Shown here: positions 34,020 through 44,830 of the stretch, piece after piece | Layout: each line of letters opens with the position of its first letter | Numbering within the stretch: position 1 is the stretch's first letter | NCBI GenBank assembly: GCA_946406095.1 | Contig: CAMJJO010000001.1 | Location: 1-53,836, forward strand | From: an uncultured Bacteroidales bacterium | GTDB lineage: Bacteria; Bacteroidota; Bacteroidia; Bacteroidales; UBA932 | DNA length: 53,836 bases | Direction: 5' to 3' | Made by a program: the position numbers and the translations under genes | The notes under the pieces: generated by a model | Told to the model about the DNA's origin: nothing | Databases searched by the model: none | The model's input: only the letters and a program-made list of their open reading frames with translations

Positions 34020-36511
34020 CGCTCTGTAACCGCCGTCACTTTACCATTCTCCCACTTGATATCCACGGTCTTGCCACCGCGGGCGCATAGGCCGCGCACT
34101 TCGCCGGAGGGCCATGCGGATGGCAGGGCGGGAAGGAAATCCAGTCCGCCGTCGTGGCTCTGGAGCAGCATCTCCGCAATGCCGGCGGTGCCCCCGAAGT
34201 TACCGTCTATCTGGAATGGAGGATGATTGTCCCAGAGATTATCCAAAGTGCCGAATTTCAGCAGGTTGGAAAGCAATTCATGCGCGTGGTCGCCATCCTT
34301 TAGGCGGGCCCACATATTCACCTTCCAGCCCATGCTCCAGCCGGTTCCGGCATCTCCGCGATGCTCCAGCACCACCTTGGATGCTTCTGCAAGTTCAGGC
34401 GTGGAAGCCACGCCTATGGTCCTTCCGGGATGCAGCCCGTAGAGTTGATTCACGTGCCGGTGGGTATCCTCCGGATTGTCTATATCCTTGCTCCACTCCA
34501 TTAACTGCCCGTATCGGCCGATCTTGTAAGGTGCTATATTATCCAGCACCTCCCGCCACTCTTTGCAGCGTTCAGAATCGCGCCCCAGCACCTCAGCAGC
34601 GGCAATCGCGTCCATAAGTATCTCTCTCACAACCCCATGCACAAAAGTCGCTCCCGCATCCACGGGACCATGTTCGGGAGATGTGGATGGAGCGGCGGTA
34701 TAATATCCGTCGGGATGCTTCCAGAGCATATCGCAGGCAAAGTCGGCCGAGCCCGCAATCAGGCCGTAGACGCTCTTCAGGTAGCGTTTGTCGCGGGTAA
34801 AATCATAACGGTCCCAGAGATGGGTGGCAAGCCAGGGGCCGTCAGCGGCGGCCAGGTTCCATATCATCGATTCGGAATCGCCGGGAGAGGCAAAACCATA
34901 AATGTTGGAAGATATCTCCGCGGTCCAGCCGCGGGCATCGTAATAGGCCCGGGCGACCCTCTCCCCCGATTTCTCCAGGGAGCGGATGTAGTCCACGAGC
35001 GGAGGCATGCATTCATCCAGGTTGGTCAGGTTTGCCGGCCAGTAGTTCATCTGGATATTGATATTGTTGTGGTAATCGGTGTTCCAGGGGCCTTTTATCT
35101 TGTTGCACCAGATGCCCTGCAGGTTGGCTGGCATGTCGCCTTCTCGGCTGGATGCTATCAGCAGGTACCGCCCGAACTGGAAATACAGAACCTCCAGCCC
35201 CAGATCCGTTTGGCCCTCACGATATCTGTCCAACCGATAGGGCGTTGGGCTGTCGGAAGGGGTATTCCCTCCTCGAGCCGGCCTGACGGCCCCTCCCATC
35301 TTCGATGGGCCCCTCCCACTACATCCGTGGGCGGATATGGCGTCCGGAGGGAATACCCCTTCCGACAGGTTGAGCTCTACGCGGGAATAAAGATTTTGAT
35401 AATCAATGAGATGGCGGCGCAGCAGGCGCTTCCAGCCACGGCGGGTGGCACGGGCAATGCGCTTGGCAGTCACCTTCTCGGGATCCTTGCCCTTATAATA
35501 TGCAGCCGGATCGCTTAGGTCCGGATCGAAATTCATCTTGTAATTGGTCGCTGAGGCCAGCAGGAACAGCACCTCATCGGCTCCGGAAACCTTAAGAACC
35601 CCGTTTTCAGAGACCACCGAACCTCCCTTTGGCAACGCCCTCACCCTCACGGCAAACTTCTCTCCATTATTCTTCAATGCTCCGCTATAGGCGATTGCAT
35701 CCTTTCCTACAGACAGCGTCTCCCCTTCTGCAACAGGGTTCTGCAGATATGAAAGATTCAGGTTCAGGGCTGCTTTGCGGTCGGCGGTGAAACGGACGGC
35801 CATCACCTGGTCGGGATAAGACACGAACACCTCGCGCTTGTAGTTCACTCCATCCTGGCAGAACTGCACGCGCACCATTGCGGAATCCAGGGAAAGAGAC
35901 CTCTCATAGCCCTCCACGGTTGCTCCGGGCCCGGAATGAGGATCGGGACGCTCGATTCTGACTGCATCCCATTTGCCGCTGTAGTTCACTTTCTGCTGGG
36001 CCTGACTGCCGAATCCTTCAGGCACGGGCCCCTCACGGAGACCGGTTTCGATCAGCAGTTCGCCAAGGGTAGTCATATAGCCGAAGCGCTCAACCTTCTT
36101 GCCATTTACCACACGCTCGGGCACGGCGCCGAAGTTCTTCTTGGTAATCTCCTCCGCCCGGGCATCGTCTCCTTCCAGGAAAGCCTGGCGGATTTCGGGC
36201 AAAAGGGCCGCGGCAGGGCGGTTGCAATCCCAATAATAAGAAGGATCGTCAGTCACGGCAGGGCCGCCTGTCCAGAGAGACTTCTCGTTCAGGGTCAGGC
36301 GCTCGCGGGAGATGGAGCCCATCACGTTCGCACCCAGCGAGCCATTGCCCACGGGCAGTGATTTGCTCTCCCATTCGGGGTCCATTCCCCCGGCCCAGAG
36401 GGCGCTTCCCGCAGAGGATGTGGGCATGTCAAACCAGATGCGCAAGGGTTCGGATGCCCTTGCAGAGGCAGCCAGCAGCAAGGCTGCGGCCAAGATGCAA
36501 ATCTTCTTCAT
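34016..36511 (-). CDS. GH95 alpha-L-fucosidase-like glycoside hydrolase (carries a ~40-aa palindromic-element insert)
   Basis: Signal peptide; [61 protein letters not shown] and [11 protein letters not shown]. Confidence 0.93.
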   Translation of the reverse strand: MKKICILAAALLLAASARASEPLRIWFDMPTSSAGSALWAGGMDPEWESKSLPVGNGSLGANVMGSISRERLTLNEKSLWTGGPAVTDDPSYYWDCNRPAAALLPEIRQAFLEGDDARAEEITKKNFGAVPERVVNGKKVERFGYMTTLGELLIETGLREGPVPEGFGSQAQQKVNYSGKWDAVRIERPDPHSGPGATVEGYERSLSLDSAMVRVQFCQDGVNYKREVFVSYPDQVMAVRFTADRKAALNLNLSYLQNPVAEGETLSVGKDAIAYSGALKNNGEKFAVRVRALPKGGSVVSENGVLKVSGADEVLFLLASATNYKMNFDPDLSDPAAYYKGKDPEKVTAKRIARATRRGWKRLLRRHLIDYQNLYSRVELNLSEGVFPPDAISAHGCSGRGPSKMGGAVRPARGGNTPSDSPTPYRLDRYREGQTDLGLEVLYFQFGRYLLIASSREGDMPANLQGIWCNKIKGPWNTDYHNNINIQMNYWPANLTNLDECMPPLVDYIRSLEKSGERVARAYYDARGWTAEISSNIYGFASPGDSESMIWNLAAADGPWLATHLWDRYDFTRDKRYLKSVYGLIAGSADFACDMLWKHPDGYYTAAPSTSPEHGPVDAGATFVHGVVREILMDAIAAAEVLGRDSERCKEWREVLDNIAPYKIGRYGQLMEWSKDIDNPEDTHRHVNQLYGLHPGRTIGVASTPELAEASKVVLEHRGDAGTGWSMGWKVNMWARLKDGDHAHELLSNLLKFGTLDNLWDNHPPFQIDGNFGGTAGIAEMLLQSHDGGLDFLPALPSAWPSGEVRGLCARGGKTVDIKWENGKVTAVTER
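35250..35368. repeat. In-frame palindromic element, copy 2 (inside GH95)
   Basis: Perfect 23-bp terminal IR CTGTCGGAAGGGGTATTCCCTCC (35250-35272) / GGAGGGAATACCCCTTCCGACAG (35346-35368). Core GCCCCTCCCATCTTCGATGGGCCCCTCCC (35289-35317). Confidence 0.9.
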
Positions 36512-38811
36512 TCTGTCTTTACCGTAATGCCGTGATGCAGCTCAAGGATTCTTCCATCCCGGCTGACACCTTCTCCAACTATTTGATATTCAGTCTCTTT
36601 ATCTGCCGTCCAGAATTCGAAACAACACTCCCCGGAAGCATCGAAGCGAACGGACGGATTCCAGTAGATGGTGTTGCGGAGGTCCGGCTCCGGCGAGTCT
36701 TTCTGCTTCTGGGTGATGTATTTCGGCGACCAGAATTCAACTCTCTGCTGGTAGCCTAAAGGGCGCACCTTTGCGATGTTGAAAGACTTGGGTTTGCCGG
36801 CAACGAAACCATTGGTCGTCTTGATCACCAGGGCACCGCTGTAGCCGGGATAATATCCGAACTGGGAAGTGTAATCCTTTATAATGAACAGGCTCTCTAT
36901 ATCCTGGGGGGACATGGTCATCACATCGTATTCCGGCAGCACGACGTCGTCGATCACGGGCAGGGCCGGCAGTTCCGAGCGGGTCGTGCTTACGTAATTG
37001 CCATTGGCATTGTGCCTTACGGTAGCTCCCGGGGTGTTCAGGAATACCGAAAGGATGTTGGTAAAGTTCATCTTCTCGATTTCCTCGGAAGTGAGCGGCC
37101 TGGTAGAGTTCATCTCGGAATACCAGATAGACTCGCTGGGCTTTTTCTGAAGGCTGGCCGAGACGGTGGCAGCGTTGAGCAAAGTCTCCTGCAGGCCGTT
37201 AATGCGGATGTATTCATCGAATGCCTGGAGGGTATTGTCGTCAAGAGGAGCCACTTCCCTATGTTGAGGCAGGGCAGCCTTGTCCGTGGCAGGGTATTCC
37301 ACCTTGTCCATCTCCAGGATGTTTCCCTTCTGGCCTTTCCTGGTCTGGGTCTGGACCGTGATTTCCGTGCCTTCGGGGAATTCGGTATCGAAGCGGAATC
37401 GGCCGTCTTTCCCAAGAGAAGCCTGATCCACGGTGACCTTCTCGCCAAGTGTAGCATAAAGCGACACACGGCCGCCTTCCATCTTATTGAAAACGAAGCC
37501 GGTAGCCTGGCCGGACAGGGTTTGGGCACGTTCGGGTGCTATGACATCGGACGGCAGGGAATAACGCCTCCAGGCCTGGGTAAGCATCAAGGCATCGATA
37601 TGCTGCCTGCCGGAGGGAGTAAAATACTCCGCAGGCGCCTCCACATATCCCTTCAATTCAGATGAAAGCAACAGCGTGGATGCCAGGCTATATGAAGAAT
37701 CGGGAGCGAAAGCCTTGGCATCGGTGACGCTTACCGCGATGCTGGTCCCATCTGCCGAAGCGAGCGCATCCCCGGGCAGCCGGAATGTGGCCCGGACCTT
37801 TTCCCTGCCGGCAAACACGGCTCGACCTGTATCACCTTCCAGAGCCGTGACGCAGTCTTTTCCGAAATAAAAAAAGAGGCGTTCGCTCAAAACCCTGCCG
37901 GACTTGTCGCCAAGGCTGAATACTATGATTCCGGAGGGGAAAGATTCAAGGTTGAAGGATGCGAAATTGCGGTCCGGCTCCCATTCCATGCTGCCGATGG
38001 GCTTACCGCATTGATGTATGGCCAGAACCAGCTCTTCCGTGGGTGCAGACGGCCCGCGCAACAGCGAGACGGTCACTCCCCCGCGGACTGAGAGCAACTG
38101 CAACGCACAGGCCACCGGGTTCGCCGCCGGCACAGGAAAACGCTTCTCCCGCCCGTATGGTGTATTGCATACCGCGGTGTACTTCTCCCCCTCCTGTGGC
38201 TTGAGGATGAAGGATCCCATCCCGCGGTGAAGATTCTCTATGGATGCCACTTCCCGCCCCTTGGAGTCCAGCACCTTGCCGTTGACATTCAGCCCCAGAC
38301 CATCCTCGCCGAGAGCCTTCACCCCCACACGGCAGGCTCTTCCGGGCACGAGATATCCGCCCTCGGGCAATAACGACACCTCATAATCCAGACGCTTCCC
38401 GGAGGCAGAATCGTCTTGCCCGGAAGAATAGGGATTCAGCACTCGCAGGGGCCTCCGGAAGAAAGAATCCTCACCGAAGTTCTGCATGAAGCGGGTGTAG
38501 GAACGGAGGGTGTAATCCCCCTCGGGAAGAGTTTCCTGCAGGTCGATATGCCCGGCGAATACGCCAAGGCTGTCCGGGCGGAGCATGATACGGCGCATCA
38601 ACTCCCCTCCCGGAGCCAGCAATTCCACATAAACATATCGGCTGATGCGGGACGGACGGCCGTCGGAGCCGTCCACCAGATGCGCCCTGAGCCACACCCT
38701 CTCTCCGGGGAGGTATGTGCCCCGGTCTGTCTGCACGTGAACCTTTTCCTGCCCTGCGGCGCAGATCGCCCACAGAAGGAGGATGACAGTAAGGATGCGG
38801 GAACGAAGCAT
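36508..38811 (-). CDS. Secreted Bacteroidetes MG2-like / TonB-plug-like domain protein
   Basis: Signal peptide; [57 protein letters not shown] and [10 protein letters not shown]. Confidence 0.72.
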   Translation of the reverse strand: MLRSRILTVILLLWAICAAGQEKVHVQTDRGTYLPGERVWLRAHLVDGSDGRPSRISRYVYVELLAPGGELMRRIMLRPDSLGVFAGHIDLQETLPEGDYTLRSYTRFMQNFGEDSFFRRPLRVLNPYSSGQDDSASGKRLDYEVSLLPEGGYLVPGRACRVGVKALGEDGLGLNVNGKVLDSKGREVASIENLHRGMGSFILKPQEGEKYTAVCNTPYGREKRFPVPAANPVACALQLLSVRGGVTVSLLRGPSAPTEELVLAIHQCGKPIGSMEWEPDRNFASFNLESFPSGIIVFSLGDKSGRVLSERLFFYFGKDCVTALEGDTGRAVFAGREKVRATFRLPGDALASADGTSIAVSVTDAKAFAPDSSYSLASTLLLSSELKGYVEAPAEYFTPSGRQHIDALMLTQAWRRYSLPSDVIAPERAQTLSGQATGFVFNKMEGGRVSLYATLGEKVTVDQASLGKDGRFRFDTEFPEGTEITVQTQTRKGQKGNILEMDKVEYPATDKAALPQHREVAPLDDNTLQAFDEYIRINGLQETLLNAATVSASLQKKPSESIWYSEMNSTRPLTSEEIEKMNFTNILSVFLNTPGATVRHNANGNYVSTTRSELPALPVIDDVVLPEYDVMTMSPQDIESLFIIKDYTSQFGYYPGYSGALVIKTTNGFVAGKPKSFNIAKVRPLGYQQRVEFWSPKYITQKQKDSPEPDLRNTIYWNPSVRFDASGECCFEFWTADKETEYQIVGEGVSRDGRILELHHGITVKTE

Positions 38812-40439
38812 TATTCGGCCGGTGCCGGAGCGGTCGCAGGCTCTACGGCAGGCGCTGCAGCCGGCTCGGGTGCAGGAGCCTGAACAGGCTCTGCAGGCTG
38901 GCTGGCAGCCATCATTTCGGCAGCAAGTTTCTCGCGGATTGCACGCTGTTCATCCAGTTTGGCCTTGATGTCGGTCAGGATGGCCATAGGATCGCTCCAG
39001 ATGAATGCGCAGCGCTCGCCGGTCTCGAGATCCACCTGAACGGCGTTGCTTTCTTCGGAACCGGTCAGAGTGACGGGTACTCCGTCCAGCACGCCCTTGC
39101 CCTCGATAAGCTTTCCATCCTTCCAGAAGGTGCTGACGGAGATGGAATCCGCCTTGCCTATTTCCATATAGGTTTCACCATCCGGAATGCCGTTCTTGAG
39201 CAGCCCGCGGAAGGTGAAAATATCTTTCTTGAACACTCCGCTGAGTGCGCTGGCGCCCTCGGTGCGGCCCAGATCCGCTCCCTGCACCTCATCCCATGCC
39301 GAAAGGTCGAAGCCGAGGAAGGGGCAGGCCTTGAAATCACCGACATAGATGCCGTAGGGCTCTCCGCCACGGAGTTCGCCGGAGAAGCTGAACTTGGCGG
39401 GAATGGAAATAGTGAGGGAGCCGTTGTTTTCTTTACCGTCTTTGATGTCGCCGTCGAAGGAGCGGCCGTCCAGGGTATAACGGGCCTTTCCGTTCACCAT
39501 GTCCGTGTACACGCAACTGGCGAGGGTGATGTTATCTTTCCATTTACCATCGGCAAGCGTGCCGTTTTCCCATTCCACACGGCCGCTGTCGAGGAAGGGA
39601 CCTGTCTCGCCGGTGCCGGTATAAGGCAGCACGGTGCCGCTGAAGGTTTTGCCGGAATGAGAGAAATAAGTCTTGAATGAAGGCCCTTCAAGCCACTCGC
39701 CCTGCAGTGAAAGGAGTTCGAAACCTTCTTTCACGAATCTGATGTATCCCGGGCCGGACAGGGTGGCATCGTTCCAATTGCCCTGGAAGAAACGGTCGAG
39801 GGCTTTGTCGTAGAACTCGCCGGCTCCGGACCTCCTGCCCTCCTGCCATCTGCCGACATAGATATCTCCATTGACATATTTCATTTCTCCGGTTCCGGAG
39901 GGAAGTCCCTTGTCCCAGGACCCTTTGTAGGATGCGCCGCTGGCATAGAGCATGGTGCCTTCGCCTTGATGCAGGCCGGCCTCCCAGCTGCCTTCGTAAA
40001 CATCCTTGTTGGGATAGACCCTCTTGCCGCTGCCTTCATATTTGCCGGCAGCCCAGCCCCCCTCATAGGTGGAGCCGTCCGCATAATCCATCTTGCCTTC
40101 CCCATGCTGGAGATTGTTCTCCCAGAATCCTTCGTAATGGTCTTTGTTGGCAAAGGTCATCTTGCCCTCTCCGCACAGTTTGTCTTCTTTCCAATTGCCG
40201 AGATACTCATCCCCGTTCAGGAAAGTCATGGTGCCAAGGCCCTCCTTGATGCCATTCACCCAATAGCCGGAATAGATCTCGCCGTTGGCATAGATCATGA
40301 CGCCCATGCCGTTTGGAGCCTTGCTCTTCCATTCTCCGTCGTAAACATCCCCGTTCTTGAACTTGACTTTGCGGGCATCGAGGTTCAAGGGAGAAAACGC
40401 CAAAACAAGCGACAGAGCGATAAAAATGACCTTTTTCAT
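38811..40439 (-). CDS. Secreted MORN-repeat protein with Ala/Pro-rich tail
   Basis: Signal peptide and about eight 23-aa YxGxWxxGxxxGxG repeats; C-terminus PAEPVQAPAPEPAAAPAVEPATAPAPAE. Confidence 0.88.
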   Translation of the reverse strand: MKKVIFIALSLVLAFSPLNLDARKVKFKNGDVYDGEWKSKAPNGMGVMIYANGEIYSGYWVNGIKEGLGTMTFLNGDEYLGNWKEDKLCGEGKMTFANKDHYEGFWENNLQHGEGKMDYADGSTYEGGWAAGKYEGSGKRVYPNKDVYEGSWEAGLHQGEGTMLYASGASYKGSWDKGLPSGTGEMKYVNGDIYVGRWQEGRRSGAGEFYDKALDRFFQGNWNDATLSGPGYIRFVKEGFELLSLQGEWLEGPSFKTYFSHSGKTFSGTVLPYTGTGETGPFLDSGRVEWENGTLADGKWKDNITLASCVYTDMVNGKARYTLDGRSFDGDIKDGKENNGSLTISIPAKFSFSGELRGGEPYGIYVGDFKACPFLGFDLSAWDEVQGADLGRTEGASALSGVFKKDIFTFRGLLKNGIPDGETYMEIGKADSISVSTFWKDGKLIEGKGVLDGVPVTLTGSEESNAVQVDLETGERCAFIWSDPMAILTDIKAKLDEQRAIREKLAAEMMAASQPAEPVQAPAPEPAAAPAVEPATAPAPAE

Positions 40440-40475
40440 AATATAATCTGGTTATTCGTTTGCAACAAAATCCCT

Positions 40476-40483
40476 CAAAAATA
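40476..40483 (-). promoter_or_regulatory. -7 promoter element (TATTTTTG) for the MORN-MG2-GH95 operon
   Basis: TAnnTTTG match 36 nt upstream of the ATG. Confidence 0.5.
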
Positions 40484-40532
40484 ATGAATTATCCTGAAAA
40501 AAGAAAACAATTGAAATGCGGCTTTTTTTTGC

Positions 40533-40540
40533 TACCTTTG
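40533..40540 (+). promoter_or_regulatory. -7 promoter element (TACCTTTG) for the V-ATPase operon
   Basis: TAnnTTTG match 38 nt upstream of ATG 40579. Confidence 0.65.
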
Positions 40541-40578
40541 TGAGTTGTGAAAACAGATATTTAAAAACCACATCAGAT

Positions 40579-41187
40579 ATGCAAAATAAATTGCAAGAAC
40601 TGACCGACAAACTCTATCAGGAAGGCCTCGCTAAGGGCAAGGCCGAGGGAGAAGAGATCCTTGCAAAAGCAAAGGAAGAAGCCGCGGCGATTGTCGCGAA
40701 GGCAAAAGAAGAAGCTGCCGGAATACAGGCCCGTGCCGAGAAGGATGCCGAAGATTTGAAATCCAAGGTCGAATCCGATCTTAAGATGGCCTCCTCCCAG
40801 TGCCTGCAGGCCACACGCAAGGATATCGAGAACCTGCTGGTAGGAAAGATTGAAGAAAGCAAGGTTTCCGAGGCCCTGAAAGATACCGCATTCGTGAAGG
40901 AGATCATCAAGGCCGTCGCCTCGAAGTTCGACGCAGAAGAAGCCAAAGACCTGGCTCTCATCCTGCCCGAAAGCCAGAAGGCGGAGCTTGAGCCCTGGGT
41001 GAAGAACGAACTTGCGAAGAGCCTGAAGAACGGTGTCGAAGCCGGGTTCTCCAAGAAGATCGGAGGAGGTTTCACCATCGGTCCCAAGGACGGCGGCTGG
41101 TTCGTCAGCCTTACCGAGCAGACTTTCAACGAACTGATAGCAGAGTATCTGCGTCCGGTAACCCGCAAAATCATCTTCGGTGAATAA
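40579..41187 (+). CDS. ntpE: V/A-type ATPase subunit E
   Basis: MQNKLQELTDKLYQEG, coiled-coil, GGFTIGPKDG and YLRP; first gene of the operon. Confidence 0.88.
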   Translation: MQNKLQELTDKLYQEGLAKGKAEGEEILAKAKEEAAAIVAKAKEEAAGIQARAEKDAEDLKSKVESDLKMASSQCLQATRKDIENLLVGKIEESKVSEALKDTAFVKEIIKAVASKFDAEEAKDLALILPESQKAELEPWVKNELAKSLKNGVEAGFSKKIGGGFTIGPKDGGWFVSLTEQTFNELIAEYLRPVTRKIIFGE

Positions 41188-41767
41188 TTACGAATACATA
41201 ATCGCCGGCCTCCCCCTTCTCAGCAAGGACGGGAGGGAGAACCCCGACACCGAAGGGCTGCTCGCAGATATCCGGGAGCAACTCAGTGGCAAGGACAGGG
41301 CGACCCTGGACTTCCTGCTCAGTTCCTATGAGCCGGAAAACCTGAACGCGGAGTTCTACCTCAAGGCCGCGAAAGACCACAATTCCTTCATCCGCAAGTT
41401 TTTCCTCGTGGATCTGGGCGTTCGCAACGCAAAGGTGGAGTATCTCAACCGCACCCTGGGGCGCCCCGAAGGCACGGACGTCCTCATTACGGACCCGGAA
41501 GCGGAGCCGGTGGAATTCGAGCAGAAGCCGGAAGTCGATGCCATCCTGGAAAACGGTGACATACTTGCACGCGAGCGCGGGCTGGACGATTTCTATTGGA
41601 AAACGGCCGACTCCATAACGGTACTGGACGTATTCGACCTCGACATCATCCTCGCATTCGTGGTCAAACTCAAACTGGTAGAGCGCTGGCTGCGCCTGGA
41701 CGAGGCCACCGGCCGTGAGCTCTTCCGTAAACTCGTCAAAGAAATAAAAGAAAACAGAAATATATGA
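41180..41767 (+). CDS. DUF2764 family V-ATPase-associated subunit (C-like)
   Basis: GTG start; YEYIIAGLPLL...RW.RLDEATGRELFR; lies between subunits E and A. Confidence 0.75.
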   Translation: MNNYEYIIAGLPLLSKDGRENPDTEGLLADIREQLSGKDRATLDFLLSSYEPENLNAEFYLKAAKDHNSFIRKFFLVDLGVRNAKVEYLNRTLGRPEGTDVLITDPEAEPVEFEQKPEVDAILENGDILARERGLDDFYWKTADSITVLDVFDLDIILAFVVKLKLVERWLRLDEATGRELFRKLVKEIKENRNI

Positions 41768-43518
41768 GCACATTTGGAAAGGTGACAGGCATAGTCGCCA
41801 ACCTGGTGACAGTGCAGGTGGACGGGCCCGTGGCAGAGAATGAACTCTGCTACATCAAGCTCCACGGCACGGACCTTCTCGCCGAGGTAATCAAAGTGAA
41901 CGGTGACAAGGCCTCCGTGCAGGTGTTCGAGAGCACCCGCGGGCTGCGCAACGGGGATTCTGTCGAGTTCCTCGGCAGGATGCTCGAGGCAACCCTCGGC
42001 CCAGGCCTGCTGTCCAGCATTTATGACGGTCTTCAGAACGACCTCACAACCATGACGGGCGTGTTTCTCAAACGAGGTGAATATACCGACCCTCTGGACC
42101 ACGAGAAACTCTGGGATTTCACTCCCATAGCCAAACCCGGCGACAAAGTCATTGCAGCCGACTGGCTGGGAGAAGTGAAAGAGGGATGGCTTCCTCATAA
42201 AATAATGGTGCCTTTCTCTTTCAAGGGGAGCTATACCATTAAAGATATCGTCCCCGCCGGCCAATATAACATCGACACCGTGATAGCCACCCTGACCGGG
42301 GAAGACGGCGAGCAGGTGCCGGTCACTATGACTCAGCACTGGCCTGTCAAGGTTGCTGTGAAAGGCTATAAAGAGAAACCCCGCCCGCAGAAGATCATGG
42401 AAACCGGCCTCCGCACCATCGACACCTTCAACCCCATCGCCGAGGGCGGCACCGGGTTCATCCCCGGGCCCTTCGGATGCGGCAAGACGGTTCTGCAGCA
42501 CGCAATCGCAAGGCAGGGCGAGGCCGATATCATAGTGATGGCAGCCTGCGGCGAGCGCGCCAACGAAGTGGTGGAAATCTTCACCGAGTTCCCGGAACTC
42601 ATCGACCCTCACACCGGCCGTCACCTGATGGAGCGTACAACCATCATCTGCAATACTTCCAACATGCCTGTGGCTGCGCGTGAGGCTTCCGTATATACGG
42701 CAATGACCATCTGCGAATACTACCGCGCAATGGGAATGAGGGTGCTGCTGCTCGCAGACTCCACATCCCGTTGGGCGCAGGCCCTCCGCGAAATGAGCAA
42801 CCGCATGGAGGAACTCCCCGGCGCCGACGCGTTCCCGGTGGACCTTTCCGCCATCATTTCAAACTTCTATTCCCGCGCGGGAATGGTGGTGCTGAACAAC
42901 GGCAAGACCGGTGCGGTCACCTTCATAGGCACCGTCTCCCCTGCCGGAGGCAACCTCAAGGAGCCCGTCACGGAATCCACCAAGAAGGCCGCCCGCTGCT
43001 TCTACGCTCTGGAGCAGAACCGCGCCGACCAGAAGCGCTATCCCGCCGTCAACCCCATCGACTCCTATTCCAAGTATCTGGAATATCCCGAGATCATTTC
43101 CTATCTCGACGCCAAGATCGAGAAGGGATGGGTTAAGAAAGTGCTGAAGGCAAAGACTATGGTTCTCCGCGGCAAGGAGATGGCAGACCAGATCAACATC
43201 CTTGGCGACGACGGAGTGCCGATGAGCTACCACGAGACCTTCTGGAAGAGCGAGCTGATAGACTTCGCCTTCCTGCAGCAGGACGCTTTCGACGCCGTCG
43301 ACGGCCTTTGCCCGCTGGACCGCCAGAAATACATGCTGGACCTCATCCTGGACATCTGCGACCGTCACTTCGAATTCGACAATTACGAAGAATGCCGCGC
43401 GTGGTTCAAACGCGTGATCAACGCCCTGCGCCAGATGAACTTCTCGAAGTGGGGCAGCGAAGATTTCGAAAAATTCCATACTCAACTCAACGAAATCCTC
43501 TCAGAAAATGGCAACTAA
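41764..43518 (+). CDS. ntpA: V/A-type ATPase subunit A
   Basis: PGPFGCGKTV, ACGERANE, NTSNMPVAAREAS and DSTSRWAQALRE. Confidence 0.96.
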   Translation: MSTFGKVTGIVANLVTVQVDGPVAENELCYIKLHGTDLLAEVIKVNGDKASVQVFESTRGLRNGDSVEFLGRMLEATLGPGLLSSIYDGLQNDLTTMTGVFLKRGEYTDPLDHEKLWDFTPIAKPGDKVIAADWLGEVKEGWLPHKIMVPFSFKGSYTIKDIVPAGQYNIDTVIATLTGEDGEQVPVTMTQHWPVKVAVKGYKEKPRPQKIMETGLRTIDTFNPIAEGGTGFIPGPFGCGKTVLQHAIARQGEADIIVMAACGERANEVVEIFTEFPELIDPHTGRHLMERTTIICNTSNMPVAAREASVYTAMTICEYYRAMGMRVLLLADSTSRWAQALREMSNRMEELPGADAFPVDLSAIISNFYSRAGMVVLNNGKTGAVTFIGTVSPAGGNLKEPVTESTKKAARCFYALEQNRADQKRYPAVNPIDSYSKYLEYPEIISYLDAKIEKGWVKKVLKAKTMVLRGKEMADQINILGDDGVPMSYHETFWKSELIDFAFLQQDAFDAVDGLCPLDRQKYMLDLILDICDRHFEFDNYEECRAWFKRVINALRQMNFSKWGSEDFEKFHTQLNEILSENGN

Positions 43519-44830
43519 AGCATACAAGAAGATATACACGAAACTGGAAGCCATCACCAAGGCTACAGTGTCGCTGAAGGCGGCCGGGGTGAGCAACGAC
43601 GAGCTCGCAACCGTGGAAGGCCGCCTGGCACAGGTGGTGAAGACGAAGGGAGACCTTGTCACCCTCCAGGTCTTTGCAGGCACCGAGGGCATCCCCACGA
43701 ACGCGGAAGTATCCTTCCATGGAGAGCCACCTACCCTGAAGGTCAGCGATCAGCTGTCCGGGCGATTCTTCAATGCCTACGGCCTGCCCATCGACGGCGG
43801 TCCGGAAGTGGAGGGAGAAGAGCGCCAGGTGGGCGGCCCGTCCGTGAACCCCTACAAGCGCCGCCAGCCCTCCGAGCTCATTCCCACCGGTATCGCGGGC
43901 ATCGACCTCAACAATACCCTGGTCTCCGGGCAGAAGATTCCTTTCTTCGCCGATCCGGACCAGCCGTACAACCAGGTGATGGCGGATGTGGCACTGCGTG
44001 CCGACGTAGACAAGATCATCCTGGGCGGCATGGGCCTCAGCAACGACGACTACCTCTTCTTCAAGCACAGTTTCGAGGCCGCGGGCGCACTCGACAAGAT
44101 AGTTTCCTTCGTGAACACCACCGAGGAGCCCCCCGTGGAACGTCTGCTTATCCCGGACATGGCCCTGGCAGCAGCCGAATACTTTGCGGTGGACAAGAAC
44201 GAGAAGGTTCTGGTGCTACTCACGGACATGACGCTCTACGCCGACGCGCTTTCGATCGTCAGCAACCGTATGGACCAGATTCCTTCGAAGGATTCCATGC
44301 CGGGCTCACTGTACTCCGACCTCGCGAAGATCTACGAGAAGGCCGTACAACTCCCTGACGGAGGATCGATTACGATTATCGCCGTCACCACCCTGAACGA
44401 CGGAGACATCACCCACGCCATCCCGGACAACACCGGCTACATCACCGAAGGCCAGCTCTTCCTGCGCGCGGATTCCGACACGGGAAAGGTCATCGTGGAC
44501 CCGTTCCGTTCGCTTTCGCGTCTGAAACAGCTCGTGCAAGGCAAGAAGACACGTGAGGACCACTCCCAGGTGATGAACGCGGGCGTCCGTCTCTATGCAG
44601 ATGCCCAGAATGCAAAGACCAAGCTCGAGAACGGTTTCGACCTCTCCGACTACGACCTCCGCTGCCTGGACTACGCGAAGGATTATGCTGTCGAACTGCT
44701 GAGTATCGACGTCAACATAAAAATCGAAGAAATGCTGGATACCGGCTGGCGTCTGTTCGCCAAGCACTTCAAACCCGAAGAAACCGGCATCAAGCAGGCT
44801 CTTATCGATAAATACGGCAAATGGCAATAA
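43508..44830 (+). CDS. ntpB: V/A-type ATPase subunit B
   Basis: GQKIPFF, LLTDMT.YADAL, YSDLAKIYEKA and PDNTGYITEGQ. Confidence 0.95.
   Translation: MATKAYKKIYTKLEAITKATVSLKAAGVSNDELATVEGRLAQVVKTKGDLVTLQVFAGTEGIPTNAEVSFHGEPPTLKVSDQLSGRFFNAYGLPIDGGPEVEGEERQVGGPSVNPYKRRQPSELIPTGIAGIDLNNTLVSGQKIPFFADPDQPYNQVMADVALRADVDKIILGGMGLSNDDYLFFKHSFEAAGALDKIVSFVNTTEEPPVERLLIPDMALAAAEYFAVDKNEKVLVLLTDMTLYADALSIVSNRMDQIPSKDSMPGSLYSDLAKIYEKAVQLPDGGSITIIAVTTLNDGDITHAIPDNTGYITEGQLFLRADSDTGKVIVDPFRSLSRLKQLVQGKKTREDHSQVMNAGVRLYADAQNAKTKLENGFDLSDYDLRCLDYAKDYAVELLSIDVNIKIEEMLDTGWRLFAKHFKPEETGIKQALIDKYGKWQ

Noticed and set aside
39770-40345. Periodic ~69-bp pattern as a possible CRISPR array or DNA repeat
   Set aside because: Protein-level MORN repeats with divergent codons; no identical direct repeats and no cas genes.
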